Shown in pieces: positions 53,501 through 64,000 of a stretch of 64,000 nucleotides of DNA. Within the stretch, counting starts at the first letter, position 1, and every line of letters starts with the position of its first letter. Under the pieces are notes generated by a model that did not search any database, was not told the origin of the DNA, and saw only the letters and a list, made by a program, of their open reading frames with translations. Source of the DNA: Chrysomallon squamiferum (lineage: Eukaryota; Animalia; Mollusca); contig CM022673.1 of assembly GCA_012295275.1 (NCBI GenBank), forward strand, positions 15,562,001-15,626,000, read 5' to 3'. The position numbers and the translations under genes are program-made.

Positions 53501-56500
53501 CTTGACTCAGTTGCATGTGTCTTTTCCAAACTTTGTATACTATATATACATAGACATTTATTATATGTGTATATACTGTGTGTATTATATAAATCGAGAA
53601 ATGAAGCTATGAGGAAGTTTAGCAAGGCATTAGATAATGTGAAAGTAATTTATTTTATGTTGCTCAGTGATGTAACTTTCATTTAAACTACACAATGTAC
53701 CATTTATAATTTACAATTAAAAAAAAAAAACCTACCAAATGTTTCTGAAATTTCTTGAAAGATTCTTATCTTTTTGTGATTTTAGTCTGACTTTGTTATA
53801 AGAATTTCTTTAAATTTCTTATCTTGCTCATTCCTCTAGCTTTCAGATTCTCAGAATTCAGTGTCCATAAGATGTCAGAATTCAGTTCAGAAACGTCGTT
53901 CTAACTTTTTATTGCTTCAACTATTGAAGACCTTTGTGTTTTACATTATCCGTGGTCCTAAAAACGTAATGTTGAGTGTTTGGCAATTACTTGGGTATGG
54001 ATACATCCTGCTTCTGAATGTAAGTGTATTTTTTCAGCAATAATTGGTGAAACTAATTGAAAGGTTTTTTTTTATTCTGGCATTCTAACCAGTGTTTTAG
54101 ATTCTATATTTACCAGTATTTTTGATTAACAGCTTTTACTGAGTTCCAAGAAATGTTTTTCTCTCAAGAAATATGTATGAATGTGTCATGGAATTCAGAT
54201 TACGTAACCAGATTTGTTACTTCATTCAGAGATCCACGCCTTTTCTTTTAATGAATGAATTCAGATTGTATAACTTTAATTGTTACTTCAAATCACATCC
54301 GCTCTTTTATTTTTGAGGTGTGCAATTGAAATTGCGTAACTTTAATTATTACTACAATCATATCCGCTCTTTTTATTGTTTCCGCTAATTTTTCAATTCA
54401 TGGCGTTGTTATAAAAAGGGCTGGCATTTGTTAATTAGAGAATTAAATGAAGTAAGCGAGAGCAAAGGAAACGGTCAAGACGTGAGTTCAGTTAGGTGGG
54501 GAAACCAATGTTTTTGAATGACATTGTCTTTACAGACGAGTATGGTAAGCAGTTGTCTAATCATATTTTGATACGGTGTAATGTGCAATTAACCTGTGTC
54601 GACAATATTTATTGTACCTAAAATGTTAAGATTTTAAATCTGTCTTCCGTGCAGATTCTTATTTTGTCTTGGTTCCCCAAATGACCTTTCTCGTATCATT
54701 AATCAAAATTACTTAAATGTATGCTTTATGACTGTACAATGCATTATTATCAAGTCACCTGTATATCATAATTAAATAATTAATATGAACCTTAACTGGT
54801 GTTGTGTTTATTTCTCTAGTGGATAGATAGACTTATTGATTTATGTAGTTTGCTGTCAATTTAGCGTTTATATTCCTTGTTAGGTGGCCATTAAAGTACC
54901 TTGTTACCCTAGCCTGAGCCTTAAAAACACCCACACAAGGTGTTTAAAGGCGTGAGCCCTGTGACAGGATTTATGTCTGTATGTATGTACGTATGGACAC
55001 ACTAACCAAGCACTTGCTGTTCAGTAAGAGACTAGTGATTTCTTTTAACAGTAACATTTTCAAATGTTGATGGCAGACAAATTGCAAAATAGATAGTGCA
55101 GTTATTAGTTATTAATTACTGTTGTTGTTGTTGTTGGCTGCTTCTAAATGTATTATAAATTATTAGCCTGTTTGTGTGTGTGTGTGCACTGCACATCTAG
55201 AAATGTTACATGTTGAAGTAGGCTGGCAGTTGAAAATTCCTTTCTAATGAGTAAACAGCAAACTATTAAACAATAGCTATATTAAAATGATTAACAATAT
55301 GAATGTTGCTGTGCTCAGTTCAATACATATTATTATTCATTTTATATTTGACTTTCATTGACTTTGTGCACTTCTGTAATAAAAATTACCTAGTTCATTC
55401 TTTAAATATTTTTATCACTGATTTAGTATAATATTGGAATTGTTCTCAGTGCTGTATGGCCATCAGTTTGTCTCACTGTTTTATCAATATTAATTACACA
55501 TACATATACACACATGCACAAACACACACACACACACACACACACATACATTTGCTTGCAGACACATCAGACAACCTATGTAGAAAATACACTTTCTATT
55601 TAGCTTGCTCAAAGCAAGTGAGCATTGCACAGGCAGTTTAAAATCAGTTTTAATTTGCAGGTGAAAGGGGTAAACAACAAGAAAGGAACAGCTAGATACT
55701 ATTTTGGAAATTGGAGTGAAAGAGATACAGACCAGTACAGACGTGGTTATCCTGTAAGAGACAAATACAGATGCTCGTTCATTAATCTTGGCTTTTTAAA
55801 TATTTTTAAACATATAGATGTTGATTGATAACCTTAATATCCAAAGATATTTATTTCTTTTTATGTAAATGTTTCTGATAAATATGAAGATTTATTGTGA
55901 TTTGTGTACTCTACTCTTGAAGTCAGTTTTAGTTCTTTTATGTATGAATTTCTGTTGTATTTATTGTTTGATTTGGTTTAAGTATATTCTTTATTTAAAT
56001 ATATGTATGTGGTTTAATGTTTATAAGTAAGTATCACATTTCTGACCAGAATCATATATTCAAATGTTTACCTGTTCAGCATTTATTAATTTTTTTTTTT
56101 TTTCATTATTTAGTGCAGAATTTGAGAAATATATATATATCTTTTTATTCTGTTTTCTCGTTTTTTTTTGTTTTTTTTTCTTTCTTGTTTTAGTTCATGT
56201 GTATGTAAGCAGTGATTTTCATTTATATTTTGTAAAGGTTTTTGTATGATGAATTTATTAAAGCAACAATATTTTATTTTATTTCAAGTAGATATACCAC
56301 TGTCCCTCTTTTATGCAGCAGTTTGTCTTAAATGGCCATATTTTCAATACACTAGCATTTTCTGTTACAAACTACACCTCACCAGCCCCCTCCACCAGCT
56401 CAGATAGTTGATAACTTATTTTAATCCAGCCTTTGCTATAGTCATCCCATCTGACCAAACTACAGTTCTTGGCAAATATAAGGATGTATATGTTATAGTT

Positions 56501-59371
56501 ACACTGTTATAAGTTTCAACTATTGACAAAGTATGTGTGTTTTATAATTCAGAAGGCAGCCTAAAGTTAGCCTTAGAAATGTGGTATATATATGTGATCA
56601 CAATTAACAGAAGTGAAATAGTCTGATGATGCTAGCTCTGTAGACTGATCTCCTTGGTTACTGCAAATGATGTTTACTGAACATATTTTATCATTTCTTA
56701 AGTGAACACTAAGTGCTAAATTAAATAGTTCTGATTACATCTTTTTTTAATTTATTTATTATTATTATAATTTTTTATTTTATTTTTTCCATTTTTAATT
56801 CACTTATCATTTTATGATTTACATTATTGTTTCACTTCTCTTCTCTTTCATGCTTAGGGAAAGAAAGATGACAGATGGGCAGACGAGAATTTGAAGTTTT
56901 ACAAAAATGAAATAACGTCACATCCTGATGGTTAGTTTTATTTATTTATTTTTAAATGATTTTACTCTTTTATTATTACTGTCTCACACACACACACACA
57001 CACATACACATTTGTCAAATGAATTAATCTATTCAATAAATGTATTTTGGTGTGTGTGAATTTGTGTAATTTTCTTTTCTAATGTATTTCAGGAGATTTT
57101 ATTGACAAAATCCACAAAGAATGGAAAGGAAACTACAGGTTGTTAGAAACACATCATGGTTACATACAGTGGTAATTTTTAGATAAAATTATATTTACCA
57201 GCACTGATGATCAGCAGTTTTTATTGAGTTACAAGAAGTGTGTGTGTGTGTGTGTATATATATCCTACTTTTTCCTTCCCTTCTTTTCTTGGTGGGGAGG
57301 CAGAAACATTGTTCAGATAATGTTAATGACTATTACTTTGGAAAATATTATAGAAATTACCTTACAGTAATTAACCCAGTTACTGATGATGCATAAGAAT
57401 CATTGTCCAAAAAGAAACTTGTAATAAATGAATACAACCTTTGTAATAATTTAAAAAATAAGAGAGATAACTGTCTTATTTTCTCATCCTCTAGGCTCTT
57501 TCCAATCAGAGAGAAGGGAATGAACTTGTATGCACAGGAATTACAACTTCACGAAGCAGAGGTATTCTAGCATAGTCCTTTATCTACATGTCTTTTACTA
57601 TCAATTTATCCCTAATGCTGTCTCTCTCTGTCTGATAAGTTATTCTCCATTTCTTTCTTTCTCTATCTCTGTCTCTGTCTCCCTTGCTCCCTCTGCATGT
57701 TTCTTTCTCTCTTTATATATATATATATATATATATAACCATCTTTCTCTCTATTTACTATGTGTATGTCAATTTCTGTTCTTGTTTCTACCTTTCTTCT
57801 TTCTTTCATCTCCCACTTCATATTCCTTCTGTATCTCTCAGAAGAGAAACAAATATTTATTTACTGACTGACTGAGTTACTGACTTATTTATTTATTTAT
57901 TATTTTATAGGCTATCAAAGCTGACCCAAAAGCAAAGGAAAGAGTTCTAAAATCATATGAGATGATGTTGGATTTCTATGGAATGAAACTGCTTGATAAA
58001 ACTACTGGAGAGATTGGCAGATCAGATAACTGGGAGGAACGATCAGATCATTTGAATCAGTAATATTTTTATTAAAACATTTCAGATAGTATAATTATCT
58101 TTTGTATCACTCAGATTGGTTGTTTTCTTCATTATTTTACTTAAATTATTATTTATTGTGAGCAAAGGTTGTTCTGAGTGAAAAAGAGAACAATTAAATG
58201 GAATGGTTAGAAAATATCTTTCTTTTTTTATAATTTTTATTATGTTTTATTTTTATTTTTATTTTTGATTTTTTTACTTACTAAAAGTACATTTTAATAT
58301 CAGTTGATAAAAATAAAACTGAACCAGTAATTCTTTTTTAATGCCACCTCATACCAATTTAACATGAAATGTGTTTGTAGATAATCTTGCTATTATTTAT
58401 TTATTTATTTGTTGTATCAATGTTGAAAATAACAGGTTATTTTTCATTGATTTATAAACTGATTTTTTTTTTTTTTAAACAACTGATTTTTCTAAATTTT
58501 TAAAATGATTTTTCGTTAATATGTTTAATTCTTAATATTTTTTTGAAATAACTTTTTAGTATATTTAAATATAATATTTATTTTCACATTATTGTAATAA
58601 TGTTGATAATAATAGCAAGAACAGTAATAATAATAATAGTAAACCGGTTAAAATTTAATTATTTCAAACTACTGTAATAACATTGTAAGAAATAGTTAAC
58701 AAAACTGGAGACTATGCAACTATTAATATTCAGTCATCATAATTAAAATACCAGCTGCACTGCATAACATTATTTAAATCTGAAAGTCTACATGTGGTTT
58801 TCAAGTAATAAAATAAAACTATCACATGCAGTGAAATTGTATTTGTGTTTGACATGTTTATACTTGAAACATGCTTAAAATATCTCTCCAGCAAACAACC
58901 TCCTACTAAACAAATTAATATCACAAAGATCAAAACATCTGGACTTTTATAAGCTTCAAGAAGTTTCACTGAAGAGTACTTGACAATGTGCAGTGAAAAA
59001 AGCATTATGTGGCTGTTTGTGGGTTTAGTGGTGGGATGTGAAGAGCATTCTTAGAGTATTTGTGACTTGAAATCTTAGATAAAAGTGTTTTAAATTTCTG
59101 CAGGGTTGTGATTATTTGGTGAAAGATAACAAACTGTGATTTTGATAAAAATACTTTATTGTATAAACTGATTATTATTAATAAAATTCATTAAAGCAAC
59201 AGACCAAATATGAAATGTCAAAATTTGTTAAATATTAATATGCTATCAACTAATAGCATGCTGATTTTGATATTATTGGTATAAGTAGTATTATTAGTAT
59301 TATATATACTTTGTTTTTGTTTTTGTTTTTTAATTTTTATTATTACAGTTTTATATTTTGTTCATATATAT

Positions 59372-59414
<43 letters not shown>

Positions 59415-59712
59415 TTCATTCATTCATTCATTTATTTACTAACTCTTTTCCATTTTCAGTTCATACCACAACTATCTACGAATAACTCGTATTCTGAAGT
59501 CACTGGGAGAACTGGGTTTTGAAGGTTTTCAAGCTCCATTTGTCAAGTTCATTCTTCATGAGTGTTTTGAAGAAAATTCTCTAAATGATCGAATACTTGC
59601 CAGTTGTTCGAATTACTGGGTAGGAACTATCAAAAATGATGATGAGAGAAATAAACTGACAGATCAAATAGACAAAAGAATGGTTGAGAATGATCATAAA
59701 AATAATATGTGA
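50556..59712 (+). CDS. Opioid growth factor receptor-like (OGFRL1-like) protein, copy 3, intact; acidic disordered N-terminus + OGFr_N domain, ~627 aa
   Basis: Exons 50556-51692, 52058-52090, 55661-55753, 56858-56930, 57093-57171, 57495-57561, 57911-58059, 59460-59712 give 1884 nt in frame. Motifs LETHHGYIQWLFPIRE and HNYLRITRILKSLGELG match the OGFR family consensus. The start codon is uncertain (50556, or internal 51657 MGSDCCK). Confidence 0.88.
54190..54963. mobile_element. Paralogous copy of the intronic repeat at 38800-39582
   Basis: Colinear high similarity to 38800-39582, including the subterminal repeats and the GTGAGCCCTGTG end. Confidence 0.55.
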
Positions 59713-62700
59713 TATTATTAAAAAATGCTTTTAGAAATAACTTAAAATAATATAACTAAAAGAAAAGAAAACACTAATTCTTATTATAACACATAATGAT
59801 GTTGTTAAAAATGTAAAACAGGAATGATTTATGAAATAATATATATATATATATAAATGAATTCTTATTATAATAACATATACTTAAACCCAAATGGTAG
59901 GATAAAAATAAGATATTTAATGTGATGTGATATGTATGTGCATGGATATTTACTGAAACATGGTTTCCAGTTTCTAAAATGAAATAAACAAATTAACTAA
60001 ATACCTTTTGTATATTTCCAAATTAATAATTAATTATCCTGGTAGCAGTCTTTGTTACAAAAAAGTAGGCTCAGAGTAAAATAAGAGGTTATGCACATTC
60101 ATTCACAAATAACTGAACACATCCAGCTTGTGACACTAAAATCACAAGTAGAATACTTTTTTTTTTTTTTTTTTTTTTCCAAATGTGAAAGTCACAAACA
60201 GTCTGTTAAACTTGGATTAAGAATAATTTGTAAAATTCCTTATTCACTGTTGGGTTCCATCCCAAACAACAGAAATTATGAATTAATTTTTAATTAAAAG
60301 ATGCCAATGATGTATGTAATGGATTATTGCACATGCTAGATTTAATATTCAGTTTTTCATGTCTTTGTTACTATGTCATTATTGTATTTTAAATGTTTTT
60401 CTTTTCATCAAATAATATATACTGTTTTCTGTTTAGAACATGTTGTCATAGTTATTTATTTTACAAAGTTAAAGGCATACTGTATTCACATATATTATGC
60501 CTGTGATATTTTTATACAAAATGTTCCCGGTGTATTGGTATTAGTTGGAGTTATTCCCCTTAGACTATATTTGCTTACTATAATAAATTGAAAGCAAAAA
60601 TTAACGTTTATGAAAGTTATTTTTTAATTAATATTTTCATGTGGTGAAGCATAACATTTTTTTCTAAGAGCTTTGCACATAAAATAATAATAACAATAAC
60701 AATAACATTTATAATACAAATGTACTACTACTACTACTAACAACAAATAACATCAACATTATTAAGTTAAAAGTAATTCTCGTGAAATGCTGGACATCTG
60801 GAGCATAATCTTTAGCAGTTTAAAATCATAACTGTTATTTGTAATTTACTGTGACCATTTTGTGGTAAGTATTAGGTCATTTGTATGTATTTTGACATTT
60901 TTTTTTAATTGTTAATGTAGACAAAAATATTGTACATTTTTTTCTTCTTCTGTATTCACTTTTAACATAAATTGTACCCCTTTTGCAAAAATGTTATTTT
61001 ATTGTAATTTTTTAAATCCATACTTACGTAAAAAAATATATTTAGAATGTAAATATATTTTGTTCACCAGTGAAAGTTAATTAATATTAATGTTTTCTAA
61101 TTTGTTGTAAGACACCATAAGACAGTGATTTGTGACAATAATTTAGTTTATTTATTTACTTATTAATAATATTTATCGTCATTTTATTTTTAATATTACT
61201 GTTATTCTTTTTCTTACTGTTATTGTTTTATGATTATTATCATCATCATTATTATTAATTTATTTAGGTGTTTGTTGTTTTTTAATCATTGTATTAAAGA
61301 GGAAACCAGTTTTATCACAGAGGGCTTATTTTGAATGTTATCACCAAGGAATCTTATATCTACACCTAGTCAGACTGGACAACACATACCATGATTGTTT
61401 GAAGAAACAGACATGCTCGGGCTGAAGATTTATGATTATAAATACATATATTTTATTAATTTTTGTTTTTGTGTCATTATATCTATCTATCTATCTTTCT
61501 ATCTATCTGTCTATATATATCTAATATATTTTTATCAACTTCTATTATATGTAGGCAATTTTGCTTAAATGTATTAACATCATAGCATGGTTGTTAACAT
61601 TCACACAGCCACTGAATAGCAAATAATACATTTCTTTTTAAGTTTATTTTTCTATATATACATTTGTAAAACTTGATTGTCTTAAATTTCCTGCAATTAA
61701 TATCATATTCTTATATAATTGATTATTTCTGTATATAAAATATACATTTATGATTATAACTACATGTTTTTGATTAATTTTTGCATTTGTGTGATTATAG
61801 TATTTATATCTATTTATCTCTATAATCTATCTAATATTATTTTATTTTATCAACTTTTATTATATGCAGGTAATTTTGCTTAAATGTATTAACATCATAA
61901 CTTGCTTATTAACATTCACATAGCCACTGAATAGCAAATAATATATTTCTTCATAAATGTATTTTTCTTTATATATATTTGTAAAACTTGATTGTCTTAA
62001 ATTAACATCCTAATATTCTTATATGATGGATTTATATATATAAAGTTAAATAAAAAATGTGTCTAAATTGTTAGTGTTTGTTATCATATTGTTCCACACA
62101 CACACACACACACTTATAAAGGATACAAAATGAAATGCACTGCTCAATAGATGTCTTTACACAAGCCTTTATAAGCCAGAGTACCTTTCCTTGCAGTATT
62201 TAATATACCTATCACAACAATATTTATATATTTTTATTATATTTCTATTACTGACAGTACCTTAATAATATTCATATATTGACAGTTATAAGTATCTATT
62301 ATTAAAAGCCTTTCTTTGTTATAATAGTATTAAACATTATATAATTTGTGTTTCAAATTTAGTATGTTTTTATCTTATGGATAGACTAAAATAAAGCATT
62401 TATTTCTAGATTTATCAATTAGCAGCAAGATGCATTCCAAATAGAGTATTTTTTTTCTTCTAAAGGATATATTGGGTTCTGTCTGAAATGGAAAACAAAT
62501 TTTTGGTCAGAACACTGAATAGAATTAATCCTAATTAACTGCACAACTTTGAAGTGTGTGAAAACAATGAACTTTTAAAAAATCGTATCCATGTAATTAT
62601 ATTCTTCATGGGAACACATTATTTTTGTCCTGCAGATAATAACGTGGTAACCAGAGATTGGATGTCATTCTTTTAACAAAAGTTCTTGAATTTAAGCTCC

Positions 62701-63495
62701 CTTCTTGTTACGTTAAATGTCAACCCTCCCAACATGTTTGATAAGACGTCGTCATGTTCTGTAAGAGATGACAAAAAAAAAAAAAAAAAAAAAAAAAAAG
62801 GAGAAAAAGGAATTACTACATGTAAAACAGAAAAGACAACAAATCTTAGGGCGTGTTTGTCAACATTAAATGCATAAATGTCTAATGATATCGTATATTA
62901 CACTACGTACAAGTTAATGTCATATGTGTCTGGGGACTAAGCTTGTTCGGGCATTTAACTGTAAGATTATACCTTGAAGTTTAAAGATAGACAAGTCATA
63001 AAGTGCAGATTGTAAAATGGACATGTTGTCGAAAGTTCGACGAAATAGGAGGGCTGTAAGCCTTATTGGTATTGCCGAATGGGGAAGAGACGTGCTTTTC
63101 TAAACAATAATGTTGATTTATTGAAAACAATAGCAAAAGAAAACTTTATTGTTAGGTAGTCGTCATCGTCTTTCTCTCATACATATATACAACACATACT
63201 CAGAAACATATACACGTTTTTATTTAAACTGTAGTGTAAAGATTCGTTAAATACTTCACGTGTTCACTTAAACACGCAGATACACGAAGCTACTCTCGCA
63301 AGCTCTCATTGTCGCGTTTGTACATAAAGAAATGTGTTTCTGAACAGGTAATGGAGTAATGTTTAATAATCAACACAGGAGAATTTACCTAAACTTAATA
63401 TTTTAAGTTACGTTAACAAAAGAGCGTAAGATGTAAACTGTTTTTATCTCTACGTAACGTTTGAACTGAAAACAATTTTCAGGTTACGCCTCATA

Positions 63496-63531
<36 letters not shown>

Positions 63532-64000
63532 TTAATCATCGGCTCTGAGGCGTCGTTCTTAAAACTGTGACCTGTTATTTTAAAACGCCCACCGCCGCCA
63601 CACAAGTTGTTCTTTCCAGAACAGTTACTTCATTTTGTTTATAACTTACAGATGCAAGAAAGCACATAATCATTACTCATTTTTAAATTATAGGGTAATG
63701 TTTATGAATAATTGTTTATGTATGACTGCATAATTATCGTGTGAATACGTTTTAGCTATATGTAAGAATGTGGTATGTTTTTGGTACGTGTATGTGCATC
63801 CACTTACATATGTATACATGTATATGGGTTTATACATGTAGGTATGTATGTATGTATGTATGCTTGCATCTATGTATGTATACATGCATATATGTAGGTC
63901 TGTTAATATTGGTGTATCGGTGGCTGGAAAAAAGTCACAGAAAAAAGTTACAAAATGTATGGGTTCGTAGAGTATTGAACTGTATTTTAATTGTTAAGCT

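Larger units (their letters stand above)
48972..63910. repeat. Segmental duplication unit III (OGFr-like 3 only; breakpoint inside the Ginger2 3' end)
   Basis: Colinear with 35180-47980; lacks KRR1. Confidence 0.8.

Overview
Very AT-rich, intron- and microsatellite-rich eukaryotic DNA, probably an invertebrate animal (inference from composition and transposon families). The window is a tandem segmental triplication of a head-to-head gene pair: KRR1 (SSU processome KH-domain protein, minus strand) and an OGFr/OGFRL1-like gene (opioid growth factor receptor domain, plus strand). The layout is [KRR1-A pseudogene <- -> OGFr-like 1], [KRR1-B, complete but with one homopolymer frameshift <- Ginger2 -> OGFr-like 2, 5'-broken], [OGFr-like 3, intact, about 627 aa with a long acidic N-terminal exon]. 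DNA-transposon relics are interspersed: a Tigger/pogo-type MITE with a TA target-site duplication, a hAT remnant, a Ginger2/KRBA2-like integrase element whose two TIRs now bracket a whole OGFr copy, and a Tigger transposase fragment. Main points of interest are an internal MGSCCCK/MGSDCCK dual-acylation start, copy-specific changes in the invariant OGFr motifs, in-frame exon-module duplication, and gene-conversion/mosaic signatures. All gene models were spliced by eye; no database searches were run.
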